A stretch of 64,000 bases of DNA from Blepharisma stoltei ATCC 30299 (taxonomy: Eukaryota > Protista > Ciliophora): NCBI GenBank assembly GCA_965603825.1, contig CBFDEM010000032.1, positions 62,001 to 126,000 on the forward strand. Reading direction: 5' to 3'. Shown here piece by piece: positions 39,045 through 51,450 of this stretch (within the stretch, counting starts at the first letter, position 1; the number at the start of each line of letters is the position of its first letter). Below the pieces are notes generated by a model. That model worked only from the letters and a program-made list of their open reading frames with translations. It was not told the origin of the DNA and ran no database searches. Made by a program: the position numbers and the translations under genes.

Positions 39045-39758
39045 TTATGCTCCTTTCTCATCATTTTCTAAACTTTTTAAAGCTTCAGTTAATAAGACAG
39101 ACTTTTCAATGCAGCTTTGGATTAAGCTGGAGTAAAGTGCTCTTTCATCTTGAATCAGCTGGATTCTGATTCTTAATGAAGGGTGGATTTCTTTAGAAGG
39201 GTCATTAACATCAAGCTTATACCATCCTTCTTTGACTCTTTGGTCTTCTAGATCGTTTAATTTAATTTGGAAACCTCCAAATAAGTGATTTTCTGATGAA
39301 TTTTCTTTGGACCACACTTTAAAAGAGAGACTTGAGAAATTATCCAAGGTTTGTTTCAGCTCAAATAGCCTATACCAATATGGCTTATATGTATCAGATG
39401 CAGTTGTTTCACAAATAGGACCTTTAGGTTCTAATTGAACAGTCACATAAGGCTGTCCCTTAGTAAAGCACAAGCCTTCTGTGTACAGGCTAACACCTTT
39501 CTGGATTTCAATATTTAATTCCGGAATTTGTGGAGACCCAGCAGTAATTGAATCAAGCTTTGCTTGAAATTCAAGTTTTTTCCGCTGATAAAGTCTCAAT
39601 TTTTCCTCCAGCCCTCGTTTATTCGTATCTTCTGCAATAGTTTGATCAATTGTTCTTTCGTACGGTATGCACAAGAAGCTCTGGTCATTTTTTCCGTTAT
39701 AGTCTTTCATATGCTGCTCTAGCTCGCTTTTCGATACTCTACTTGTACAATCTCCCAT
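39045..39758 (-). CDS. C2-domain protein with N-terminal MGxC motif (237 aa)
   Basis: GQPYVTVQL, YKPYW, LSFKVW and LNDLEDQRVKEGWYKL. ATG at 39758. Confidence 0.85.
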   Translation of the reverse strand: MGDCTSRVSKSELEQHMKDYNGKNDQSFLCIPYERTIDQTIAEDTNKRGLEEKLRLYQRKKLEFQAKLDSITAGSPQIPELNIEIQKGVSLYTEGLCFTKGQPYVTVQLEPKGPICETTASDTYKPYWYRLFELKQTLDNFSSLSFKVWSKENSSENHLFGGFQIKLNDLEDQRVKEGWYKLDVNDPSKEIHPSLRIRIQLIQDERALYSSLIQSCIEKSVLLTEALKSLENDEKGA

Positions 39759-39801
39759 ATTAGTTATCACATTAGTTATTGTATTCACATAATTAGTCTA
39801 T

Positions 39802-40536
39802 TTAAAGCTTTATTCTTGAATAAATCATCACATCGTCAACAGCAAAACTTGCCAAGCAAGGCTCAGATTTTAAGGTTGACCCAAATTTAACTTCTGCTGA
39901 TTCGCTGATGTGAGGCACAGTAACATCAATATGAATCCCATAGCGGGTGTCTGGGAATTCTTGTCCACATATCTTTAGTCCACTGTGATGAGAAAGGCCA
40001 CTTTGGCTTCATACGATATTTCCATCAATTTTCATATAGGCTGATTCGCCATTCCATGGGCCTAGCATATGTAAAGTTGCAGTTACTCTTAGTAAATTGT
40101 GCCTTGAAATATTGAAAGTTTTCCCGAGCTCTTGTTCGGCTAGCTCACATTTTCCTCCTAAGAAATGGTTAATTCCATCACAAGAGTGCCTGTCTAGGTG
40201 AGACCAGCCTTCGTGAGAATTTTGAAAAGTGTTGTGCTCTTTTAAGGACCAAGAAGTTTCAAGAAATGAAGAGGAAGATTGAGTGGAAAACAGTAAGTCA
40301 CCTTCAATTGTTATAGAGCCTGTTCCTGAAGTTATGGTGTCGACATATATTTTTTCAGCTGTCATGTAGGTTGAATGAAGCTCGTTAGCCTTTAATGAAG
40401 AGGATATTGAGATGTCGCCGTCTGTTTCAAGAGATTCTGATTGGATTGAAGAGCAAGATACAATGCCGTGGACGTCAAAGTCGCCGTTGATTGTTGTGCC
40501 TGCTAAAGCAAATGGAATAAGTAAGAATATGAACAT
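39802..40536 (-). CDS. Secreted protein (244 aa) with C-terminal beta-rich domain
   Basis: Signal peptide MFIFLLIPFALA. KIDGNIV-W(TGA 40009) continues ...ICG...FGSTL...ASFAVDDVMIY to TAA at 39802. Confidence 0.8.
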
Positions 40537-41131
40537 TATAAAAACGACTATAATAATTTTGTTTAGGCTTAAAACTAATTAAGGTATTTTTAAATTGATG
40601 AAATCTGAAACTTGGAATTTAGAATTCAGAATGAGGTCTAATTTACAAAACTTTAAATAATAATTATAACACAAATATATAAAAATTCTGAGAACAGGTA
40701 TTAGTCATTGAGTTGTACAAAATTTTTTACCTCTTTTTGAAGCAGAAAATTTAAGTTAGCACTTTTCTTTTATAGTTTCAAGATAAGGATAATATTATTG
40801 CTGCCTGATATATTACTCTTATAACTTATAAAAGAGATTATCATAAATCTTCCTAAAGCAGTTTCGAAAATCATGCAAAAATTTTACTAGCATCAAGATT
40901 CAAATGATCTAAGTTTACTAAGAAGATAGATTTATAGTATATTTATTGCTTTCTTATGATTTTGAATTATAATTATAGCTACACTTTTATTACTTAAGTT
41001 AATATCAGTATAAGGGTTTAAAGCTCTTTTCTGCAGTTTATATTTATTTCAGTAAAATTAAATTGGGATATATAGCTCGTCTATCAAAAATGATCACACG
41101 TGTGTAATGGAAAGCACAATTATTATAATAA

Positions 41132-41524
41132 ATGGTATCAGCTTTAGAATTCTATACCTATGGATTGATAATTTATATCCCTACTGCTTTTATCCTTTCA
41201 TTTCTATTTTCGCTTTGCAAGGCATCAGCCCGAGTTGAAGAACCAGTGATTGTTGAAGAAGTTAAAGAAAACCCTAAAGAAAAAATTCCTAAGGGCAAAA
41301 AAGGAAAAATTATCCCACCCGGGAAAGTAGCGTTATGCAAGTGTTGTAATAGATACCTCACAACTGATCCAAAACTCGTCAGCCATGAAGAAGGTCAAAA
41401 GCATAAACAAAAAGCTGCTGGATTTCCATTTAAAGGAGAATGGTATTCTATTGTAGATGAAGAAAAAATGAAGCAAGCACAAGCTCCTCAGCCAAAAGCA
41501 GCCGATAATAAAAAATCTAGATAA
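41132..41524 (+). CDS. Single-TM protein with U1/matrin-type C2H2 zinc finger
   Basis: N-terminal hydrophobic helix, then CKCCNRYL...HEEGQKH. Confidence 0.75.
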   Translation: MVSALEFYTYGLIIYIPTAFILSFLFSLCKASARVEEPVIVEEVKENPKEKIPKGKKGKIIPPGKVALCKCCNRYLTTDPKLVSHEEGQKHKQKAAGFPFKGEWYSIVDEEKMKQAQAPQPKAADNKKSR

Positions 41525-41743
41525 AATTTACCTATAAGAAATACAGTTATAATAGATTCTATAAGCATGATATAAAATTCTAAAATGATGCTGCGCTTAT
41601 ATGCAACTATTTTCCTATGCAATGACAATATTGCTTTTTGAAAGATTAATAGTAACAAAAAATCACAGCCAAATCAATACAGAAAGGCTATTCATTTTCA
41701 AAAAACACAAAATTTTTTGAATAATTTAGGTGTATTTTATTTC

Positions 41744-43135
41744 TTAAACTGATAGCATCTGTCCATTTGTGATTTCACCCCAACCAATAAGTCTCCAATG
41801 TTTATCTACTCTTCTGCTCAAAGCTACTTTTTCTCCAATATGACAGCATACAGGCTTCGTAAGCTCAATTTTTGCCTTAGCTGTTTTAATCCCTAGCACC
41901 CTCCCTCCAGTTGATGTGCTTCCTACATTAACCATCAAGCATTCATCTTTTTTCAGTTTAGGAATCTACATAGACCTTACTTTATCATTTCTTGTTTTTC
42001 CTGAGTCCTTAACACCAAGTAGTCTTTTCAGTAAGTAATAGCAAATTTCCAGCTCTATATATATTTCAGGTAGCTGTCCTGGGTGGCCCAAAACATGCCC
42101 GACCAAGAAATCTCCTCTTGTAAGTGAAGGGTCCACTTTAAGCCCAACTCCAATAAGTCCGCCTGGCACTGCATACAGCAATTTATTTTTCTCTGCATAC
42201 AAACTAATAATTCTTGACCTAATTGGCGTACAAACAGTATTTCCATTAGGACCCCTATTAATGATTCCTGGCCTAACTTCTACTTCATCTCCAATTCTTA
42301 ATACACCTCTCAAAATGCTTCCACCAGCCACTCCTCCTACCAAATTCTGGATTTCTTCCCCAGGCTTGTTCACGTCAAAGCTTCTAATCACAATTAGCCT
42401 CGGAGTGCTTGAAAAATCTCTGACAGGGATTGGTATTGTGGAGCATATATATTGAAGGACATAATTAATATTGTATTCCAACTGCGATGAAATTGGAATA
42501 ATCGGGGCATTTGCGGCCTTTGTTCTGGTAATGTAGCTTTTTATTTGTTCATAATGCTCTTTTGCAGCTTCTGGGGTAGGAATTAAATCTACTTTGTTCT
42601 GAAGGATGATGATTTTGTCGAGGTTCATGATTTCTAATGCTGCCATGTGTTCAGAGGTCTGTGGCTGGGGGCATGACTCATTCCCAGCAACCAAAAGCAT
42701 GGCGGCGTCCATGACGGCAGCTCCGTTAAGCATGGTTGCCATCAAAATATCATGGCCAGGACAGTCGACAAAGCTTACATGTCTTTGAAGGACGATTTTT
42801 GACTTGCATTGGGGACAAATCAAGTTGTCTTCTCCTGATGAGCCTTTTGAAGTATAGCAATCTGGCTCTGGGCACGAACATTTGTAAATTTTAGCGTTAG
42901 CGTAACCTAATTTGATAGTGATGTTTCTGATTTTTTCTAAGCTGTGCTTTTGGGTTTTTACTCTGGAAATTGCATGCACAAGTGTTGACTTACCATGAGA
43001 GACGTGACCGATTGTGCCAATGTTGATTGTAGCTTGGCGAGAAATGACTTCTGGGGTTAGAGGGGTTAGCTGTGTAATATCAAGGTTTTCTAATGATTGC
43101 TCAAGGAGTCCTGATGACGATTCTACGGCTTCCAT
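41744..43135 (-). CDS. EIF2S3: Translation initiation factor eIF2 gamma (458 aa; one 15-nt intron)
   Basis: [27 protein letters not shown] and C-terminal HWRLIGWG. Confidence 0.97.
41966..41980 (-). other. 15-nt intron
   Basis: GTAAGGTCTATGTAG. Required to join the eIF2-gamma C-terminus. Confidence 0.95.
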
Positions 43136-43229
43136 TTTATTATTACCATATAAGCCAAACTATTATATGAACGTCTTTCTTTTTTATAATTTTTAACTAA
43201 AATGCTTATTAATTATAATGCATCTAGAT

Positions 43230-44204
43230 TTAGGAAATCTCCCTTATAGAATCGATTTTTCTTTTAGGTTTTGGCATGTATTTTTCAATATAGCTTTGCC
43301 TGTAAGTTGTATTAAACTGTCCATTCCAGCTTATTTTTGGCTCAAAGTTTTGTTTGAATTTTGAATCATGTTTATAAACATATTTTCTTGGCAGTGGTTT
43401 ATAATCTCTTTGTGAAGTAGATTTTATGATTGATGGATTCACACTTGGGAAAAGCCCTTGTTTTTTAAAAGTATTTGGTGATAGCTTTAGCATGCTCTCG
43501 AAACCGTTTATTTCTCCTCGGAAATCCGAGTCATAAGTAGACATTGTGGCCATTTTCACTTCTTGTCCTCTATAAGGTAACACAGATGCACTTGCCCTGA
43601 TAAATTCAACTTTTCCTCAATTAGGATACTCAGCTTGATAATTGCTTCTCCCCACAAATTTTAGATTGTCAGTTTCTCTACTGTTGTCTCTTCTATTCTT
43701 TGGCTGAGGATCAACAGAATACGCTTTAAAATCTTTTCTATTTGTGGTCGTAAAATCAATAGGCAAATTATTTTTAATATAAGATGGTTCTTCATATCTT
43801 GGTATTGGCTGCAGTTTATGCTTAGCATAATTACGCTGATACTCAGAAAGGAATTTTGATGACGCATTTCTATTGAGAGATTTGTAATCACCTGGGCAAA
43901 TATGCTTACCACAGTTACAAAAATGGCAAAAGCATTGAAAAATTGTATGTTCTAGCTCTGATACTGGGGGTAATGAAGGATCATTTACAGCACATCATGG
44001 TTCTCCTTGATCTAATAAAATATGATCAGATTGAGAATTTCTTCCAGTGTGAGAAGGTCGGGGTGATTCAAAGCTATTTAGTAATGAACTATTTTGGTCA
44101 AGATCAGATGGTAAAGACTGCTTAGCATTGGGCGATATATTAACTTCTGGATTATCCAGTTTGTTAACGATGATTTCTGGTGAGTTGTTGATAACTGCTT
44201 CCAT
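43230..44204 (-). CDS. SAXO/STOP-like microtubule inner protein (324 aa)
   Basis: TGA=W at 43997 and 43619. CFCHFCNCGKHIC followed by Mn-like motifs (SEYQRNY, TTNRKDF, SNYQAEY, STYDSDF, STSQRDY, TTYRQSY). Confidence 0.8.
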
Positions 44205-44539
44205 TTCTTTTGGAATTTATATAATTCCAATTAATAAGAAACAGAACGAAAAATTAAATTAATAAAGACCTAGTATAATAGTTTTTTATATTTACATCAG
44301 AATATTAAATTATTTTTTAACTCTTCAGATGTAAAACTCCTATATATTAGCTTCAAAATACTTCTCTTATTTTTTAACTATTTCAATAAATCACCTAATT
44401 AGTATATCCATATATAAATTCTCTTCCAATTTCTTATTAGCTTTAGCTTTAAGAGTTTTTTTCTAACTTCTACAAGCTAATTAACTTGTTCATTAAGAAG
44501 CTGTTTCATTTGTCAACAAGCACAGACTTAAAATCAAAA

Positions 44540-45364
44540 ATGGAAGGATTCGACAGATCATCCCTCACAAAAGAGCAAGTGCTTAGAGTTTTCCAAAAAT
44601 ATGACTCTCTTCTGCCAAGCCTTCCCTCAATTGAAGAGCCTGAAAATGATACAAGTCCATGCAATTATGATCAGAATTACAACAGCGAAGATCTTTCAAC
44701 CTCTGACCATATCGTCAGGACTTTTAAAGAAAAATATGACTCTTTATATTCAGGCACACGCGAAAACCAGCAAGAAGAACTTTCTTTAAGAATCCAGCAG
44801 CTCGAAGGCCTACTAGAAACCGAAAAGGTCCTTAAAAAAGTTTTAGAACAAAAATTTGAATTACACAAAAGAGAATTAATTAAAGCCAAAGAGAATTATG
44901 AGAAAATTAAAACTGAAGCTGAAAATTGAAAATCAATGTATGAAGAAGCATCAGAAGACCTCCAATCTATTCAATTTCAATTAGAATCTGCAAATAATAT
45001 GTATGTAGGGAGAATTGCAAAACTGGATTCAGAAATTCAAGAACTGAAATCAAAGGCAAAATCTATGTCTTGTGAGGAAGAGCAACTCAATGAGCTCAGC
45101 ATTACAGAAATTTTTGAGTTAGAAAAAAATCTTATCGATAATTTAATTAAAATTCAATCGATTAAAGAAGACAAACTTCAAAAAAAGCTAAGAGAAAAGA
45201 ATGAAGGCCCGTTATGTGTAATTTGCAGAGAAAAAGGCATTAATATTATTCTTAAACCTTGCAAGCATGCCTGCTTATGTTCTGACTGCTCATTAAATGT
45301 ATTGAATTGTCCAATGTGTCGAGCTAATATAGCTATAAAAGAAAAAATATTTATTGCTAAATAA
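44540..45364 (+). CDS. Coiled-coil plus C-terminal C3HC4 RING protein (274 aa)
   Basis: TGA=W at 44927. RING CVIC...PCKHACLCSDC...CPMCR. Confidence 0.85.
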
Positions 45365-46288
45365 TAACATTTATATCTATTTAGCTTTATAAAGAAGACA
45401 TAGTTAGAAAAATGATATAACTATTTTATAATTATCTTTATTAAATTATTAAATGAGATCTTTTTAAAACACATAAAGCAACAACTTGCATGAATCATTA
45501 TTGACATGAATTCTGCTGGGAGAAAAATTTTAAGGTAATTATCTTATCATAAAAATTTCAAATTATATTTATTTAAACTTTAATTTATATTGTTTGAAGT
45601 CTTACTCTTGAATTTATGAATTGATTTTCTTTTAAAAAGATATAATTTTAAAAAATGTGCTTTAAGATGGCTGATATTTAAATTAAAAATATATAATTTA
45701 GCATTAAAATATTGCAAATTCCATTAAATATTTAAACTGGTTATGGAATAATTTTGGCAAAGCTGGTAAGAGCTTAAATTATGTGAAATAAAATAAGAAT
45801 CTTCGTCATAAAATATTTTTTTGAATAAGTATTTAATATATTATACAAAAATGTAAAAAATATAAATGGAAGAAGACAACTTGAAAAAACCTGATTCCTA
45901 ATCACATTCAAAAGCCATTAATATCGCATAGATTAACTTAAAATTAATATCTCATGTATGGAGTTTGAGAAATGGAACTAATTAAAGCTGCCATAGAGAG
46001 CCTCTTGATTTATGCAAAATTATTAGGAAAAATAGAAATGCTATTTAAGATTAATGGCGCCCACATTATGAATATAATTATTGCAATTACAAATAAAGTA
46101 ACTTATAATGCATTTGCTTGTTCTCCGTTAAAAAAACTTTTTAAAACTTTATAAATTTTTTTTTATTATGGGAGTTGTAATTTAAGATTTATAATTGGAC
46201 TAAACCTATAAGTTTGAGAAATAGTTTTCAAACCCTTTTATCAGCATTTTAGCTAGTTAAATCAGTCAGCATAACCAGTGATAATAAT

Positions 46289-46750
46289 ATGGAACGACAG
46301 CCAGAAAATCGAGTCTCAGCAAGTACAAGATACCGTCAAAAAAATCAAGGGGTTGACCAAAACTTTAATGATAGCAGAGGCTTCAGCAATTATCAATGTA
46401 ACATGTGCAGGAAAATTTTGTCTTCTAAGCAAAACCTAAAAGAGCATATGTTCATACATACAGGCCAAAAGCCTTATGTTTGTAAAGAGCCAGGATGTGG
46501 GTTGACTTTCAGACAGGGAAGTCAACTTTCCGCTCATAAGAGAATCCATACGGCAATTCGAACTCTTTCTAATACAAGCGAAGAAACGGCGTACTTAAAG
46601 GTAAGAATTACATAGCTCACTTCTTTAGTGATAACAGGAGAATTTATATTGGAAAAATGCAATTATCCTTCTCCAGATTTTAATGTAATGGACAAGCCAC
46701 TTATAGCTTTACCGCCAATTAGTGGACCACAACCATATAACTTAAAATAG
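46289..46750 (+). CDS. Two-finger C2H2 zinc-finger protein (148 aa; one intron)
   Basis: CNMC...HMFIH-TGQKPY-CKEPGC...HKRIH. Intron 46601-46615, TAG at 46748. Confidence 0.85.
46601..46615 (+). other. 15-nt intron
   Basis: GTAAGAATTACATAG. Confidence 0.8.
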
Positions 46751-47611
46751 TTTGCATGAGCTGCAGACAATTTAAATATTAGTTAATTATTATTTTCTTC
46801 AAGAATAATAAAGGTTGAGTTTTTCCATATATTATCTCAATTTTGAAACTGGCGATAATTTGTAATTTTATAAGTAGTAATAGTTGATCTAATTAAATTC
46901 TATTAATTTTAGGTTCATAATTGCAATTTTATTCATAAATTTGAATTTCAGAAATCAGCCTTATGTTTATTAATTCTAAATATGGAAGTACACACGCATT
47001 GAATTCTCCCTTTTTAAATAGGTAAATTTCGCATAATTTTTTTAATTATCAATATATATATATGACATTCAAATACAACATAAAAATTGCATTTTATTCC
47101 TAAGGGAAGACGTAAGATTAAATTTTTAAAGAGTAATAAATCATATTTCTAAAGAAGCATTTTAGGATTTAAGCTGCTTCATAAAAATACATTAAAATAT
47201 ATAGATCTAAGAATATTAATAAAAATGACTAATTTTAAGGTGATGGATAATTTTAATATGGAATGTAACATTAGCTCTTAGAGGCACATTTATTTTATTA
47301 ATCTACCCACAATCTAAAATACGCATACTTGATATTAATTTTAAAGTGTCCATATTTATAAAGCTTTGGGAAACTTCTGGATTGCAATACAAAAACAGTG
47401 CTCCATTAAAAAAATTAAAAAAAGTATTATACAAAATTATAAAAGTTGGTTTGATTGTAAAATCAATGGATATTTGATTAAAATAGTAAATCCAGTAAAA
47501 CCCTGCATTTTCAAATAAAATAATTATAATAATAGCACAATATTCATATCAGAATATATTTGTCAAAAAATATCTATATGAATGATAAAGATTATCTTTC
47601 ACATATGAATT

Positions 47612-47655
47612 GACTGTTTGGCCGAGCGGTCTAAGGCGGTAGCTTAAGGCGCTAT

Positions 47656-47686
<31 letters not shown>

Positions 47687-47691
47687 AGTCA
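47612..47691 (+). tRNA. tRNA-Leu(AAG)
   Basis: Acceptor GACTGTT/AGCAGTC, D-arm GCCGAGCGGTCTAAGGC, anticodon arm GTAGC-TTAAGGC-GCTAT, variable arm CCGAAAGG and T-loop GTTCAAATC. Confidence 0.95.
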
Positions 47692-47696
47692 TTTTT
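47692..47696 (+). terminator. Pol III oligo-T terminator
   Basis: TTTTT directly after the discriminator base. Confidence 0.75.
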
Positions 47697-48167
47697 ATAC
47701 TTTATTCAATTTTTCATTTTAAAATATGTTTTTTAATTAGAAACGATATATGCTTCGATTTTTTGATATTAATAAAAATTCTTTAAGTATCATGATATCC
47801 ACACTGTGCATTTTATTGCAAATCTTATCAATTAATACTCCTAAAGTTTACATAGCTTTTATAATAAATTTATTGCTTTATAATAAGCTGATTATTTTAA
47901 AGAAAAAATTATTTTAAACTTCAATTTTACCTGAACATTTATCAATTCATAAAAAATCAGATTTATTTTAAGTAATTCTACAGAATTCAGTTATTTTCTA
48001 TTAGACTTTTTTTTCACCTTCAATCTTTTATATTTCAAATAATCTTCAATAAATAAAATATACTGGGCTAAGAAACTAATCAAATTTTTTTTGCTAATAA
48101 ATATTTTTTCCTTTCCAAGCTGTCGTCATATAAATCTTTTTAGCATTTATTATAGATTTTAAAATAA

Positions 48168-48521
48168 ATGTCAACAATAGAAGCAGCAACTTTCGAACAA
48201 AGGCTTCAGCAAGCCGCAAGATTTAAAGCAAAATATCAAAACGCAGTTCCTGTCGTCATCCAAAGTGATGCTAGAAGTTCTCTACCTAAAACAATTCACA
48301 ATAGTTTATTTGTAGTTCAAAAAAGCCTGAGCGCAGGCGAGCTTTTAGGATTGATCAGAAAGAAAACCAGTCTCCCGAAATCGCAAGCAATTGCCATGTT
48401 TGTTGGCCACAGGATTATGGTTACCAATGATATTACCTTGTGCGAGCTTTATGAAAGATATTCAAATGAGGATGGGTTTTTATACATATTATGCAAGGAC
48501 GAAGAAGTCTATGGCAATTAA
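48168..48521 (+). CDS. ATG8: ATG8-family ubiquitin-like protein (divergent)
   Basis: KYQNAVPVVIQ, LYERYSNEDGFLYI and C-terminal EEVYG-N. Confidence 0.9.
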   Translation: MSTIEAATFEQRLQQAARFKAKYQNAVPVVIQSDARSSLPKTIHNSLFVVQKSLSAGELLGLIRKKTSLPKSQAIAMFVGHRIMVTNDITLCELYERYSNEDGFLYILCKDEEVYGN

Positions 48522-48651
48522 TTATTGTTCAAGAAATTTGTTACCTTAGAATTACTATAACTTATTGCTAATTATTTCAAACCACAGATCTACCTTTGTT
48601 TAATATGTAAATTGGCTTATAGAAGCTTGGTATGTAAATAGACTAAATAAT

Positions 48652-48954
48652 ATGGATTTTCTTCGAGTCATAATTGGGCTTCTGCCCCAAAGCTTAGGAG
48701 GACGAATCGCATATGGAGCTGCAGGTGCGCTAGGAGTTGGATACATTCTTTCTTATCCTTATAACTACATTCATTACCATCGAGTAGAAAAATATCAGCT
48801 TTCAGTTTGCTGGGAGCATTATTTAGCATATTTTCAAGCTACTGAAGAACATTATAAGCACTCCCCTAGAGAAATAAATAGAAGACTGATGCTATATAAT
48901 GAATGTATACAATCAGCTCGCAGTGGAGGCAAAACTTACCCTCCAGCCTTATAA
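48652..48954 (+). CDS. Small single-TM protein (100 aa)
   Basis: Hydrophobic Gly/Ala segment followed by a domain with two Cys. Confidence 0.65.
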   Translation: MDFLRVIIGLLPQSLGGRIAYGAAGALGVGYILSYPYNYIHYHRVEKYQLSVCWEHYLAYFQATEEHYKHSPREINRRLMLYNECIQSARSGGKTYPPAL

Positions 48955-49092
48955 GCTAAAATAATAAGCTTCTTACCAATTATTATATATGTACATTTCG
49001 CCTTCTGGCTTTTCCACAGTTTTTTTTTGATTTTTCTAGTTGCATTTCCGCGAATATTAAAAAAATTCATTCCCTTCTCATAACTTATTTAA

Positions 49093-51405
49093 ATGGACTT
49101 TCCTTACCAAGGGCCAGTCGAGATCCTTAACGACTATGACTATGGCAGCAGGCTTTCTCAATCTCATCAGCAAAAAGTTTTAGGCATCCTCAACCAAGAA
49201 CGTGCAGCAAGAAGAGAACAAATTTCTAAAGGCCAAAATTTTTACATCGACCATAATCAGTTTAATGGAGGCTTTATGAATCGCCAGTCAACACCTAGAG
49301 GGAACTACCCTCAAAATTTCTCATATGAAGAAGAACGTCCTCAGCCTTTCCATAACTCTCAAAGTGTGAAAGCTTCCCTCGCGAAAGTTAGGAATGAGCT
49401 TCAGGTTTCAATTAATAAAGGAAAAGAAATTACTAACAAGCATATGGAAGAAACCATTTCAGTGATCCCAAGCAAATTCAAGCCTAGAGAAGCCCAAGAA
49501 CTGAATAGGCCTGATTTTATGCATAATCAGTTAAAAGAGCCTGATTTCGAACAGCTTTCAAATATTTATGAACAATATGTAAAATCACCAAGGAACTGTG
49601 AAAAATATGAGCCAAATAAGCGGCAAAAATCAAGGCAGTATCACAGCGTGTCTCGATCTTCAAGTGCCCCTCCTACAAAGAGAAAATCTATTGAGCAGAT
49701 GATTCAAGAAAAAGAAGAAAAATTCAGAGAGGAGTGCACTTTTCGGCCAAAAATAAATAAGCTGCCAAAAGGGAAAGGTCTTGATTATCATGAGACTGAA
49801 AAGAACATGAGCTGGGAAGCAAAATTAAACAATTTAGCCAGGCCTAAAACTGATATTATAGAAATGAGAGAAAGAATGAAGAGAGAAAAAGAAGAACAAG
49901 AAAGCTCTATTTGTACTTTTAAGCCGAATATAACGACTACTACTAGAAGTGTCAATAGAAGTGTAGAATTAACTGTAGAAGAGCGGCTTTATCAAGATGC
50001 GGAGTCGAAATTCCAAGAACGAGAAAGACTGAAAAGGGAAAAAGAAGATATTGAAGCTGCAAATTATCCGTACCAGCCACAAGTCCAGGCTTCAGTTTCT
50101 AAGCTTGTAGGGACGAAAAAGCTAAAACCGCCACTTTACCAGAGACTAGATGAAGTCCAGAAAGAAAGAAATGATACACTTCATAGGATTAAGCAGGAAT
50201 CTGAAGAAAATGACCCTGATTTGACTTTTAAACCTAGAATTAATGCGTATTCAGCGCAGCTTGCGAGCTACAGGAAAGTGAAAAATGATGAAGAAAACAT
50301 GTCGATCACTGAAAAACTATCAAAAGATGCATCTGACAAGCTAGAAAGAAAGCAAAGACTCGCTGAAGCATATAGCCAAGAAGACGTTGACAGATACACT
50401 TTTAGTCCACAGATCTCTATTAGCCACGAACTCGCTTCAGGCGCTGCAAATTTCCCAGGATCTGACCAAGACTTCTTAGAAAGGCAAAAACTAATGCAGG
50501 AAAGAGTAAAACAAAAGCGTGAAGAACTCTTGACTAAACTTACTCAAGGCCAATATACTTTTAAGCCACAAATTGATAAAACTTCCCATTATATAACAGC
50601 TTCAAACCGAGAAAGAAGCCAAGAAAAACTCACTGATAAATTCGAAAGGTGGAGTGTAAAAGACTCCGAAAAGCGTGCGAATAAAGAAAAAGAGCTGCAA
50701 AATGAGCAATATTCTAAATATACATTTGAGCCTCAAATCAATAAATTGTCAAAACAGCTCGGAAGGACTGCAAGTTTAAATGAGCTCGCTTATAATGAGG
50801 AATCCAAAAAGAATTTGAAAGGGAAAGCTCAAGCCCAAGCTGCTGAAATGGAAAAAGTTTGTAGCTTTACTCCAAAAACAGCTTCCTCTAAAAAGTTTTC
50901 TCATATCGGGTCGTCTTATAGCCAAAAAGAAGATATCGTAAAAATAATTGAAGAGCAAAACCGCATCAAGCAGCAAAAAGCAGAAAATCTTAAAAAAATT
51001 GTGGAGTATGAAGAAATGAGACCATGCACCTTTAAACCTACACCAAATATAGGCAGGATTTCAATAGACACTCCTGTAGAAGTGAAAGGGATGGACAGAT
51101 TTATGGAATTGAAAGAAATTCAAAAGAGAATAGAAAATGAAAAAAAGGAAAGGGAAGAAAAAGTTTTTATGAAAAACCCACAGAGGAGTATTGATGCGCC
51201 ATACACAGTCCCACAGCCTTTTAATCTTCATCCAAGTAACAAGAGAGAAAAAGTGGAAAAAATTAGAGAAGAAATAAAAGAGAGAGAACAAAGCATTTAT
51301 ACATTTAGACCACAAACTATTGAATCGTAAGTTTTATTTAGAAAAAACCGACAATTTGTTTCCAAGATGCTTGAAAAGCAGTTTTCAACATTTGATTATG
51401 ACTAA
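49093..51405 (+). CDS. Coiled-coil protein with about 10 (C/Y/L)TFxPx(I/T) motifs (765 aa; one intron)
   Basis: Motifs include CTFRPKI, CTFKPNI, LTFKPRI, YTFSPQI, YTFKPQI, YTFEPQI, CTFKPT and YTFRPQT. Intron 51327-51341. Confidence 0.8.
51327..51341 (+). other. 15-nt intron
   Basis: GTAAGTTTTATTTAG. Splicing extends the ORF by 20 codons to TAA at 51403. Confidence 0.7.
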
Positions 51406-51450
51406 ATGATAAATTCAAAAATCTTATAAAAATTAAGCGATTTATACACA

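Noticed and set aside
45972-46154. 60-aa ORF
   Set aside because: AT-rich intergenic composition and no motif.
47612-47691. tRNA as a UGA-decoding suppressor
   Set aside because: The anticodon is AAG with a long variable arm, so it is an ordinary tRNA-Leu.
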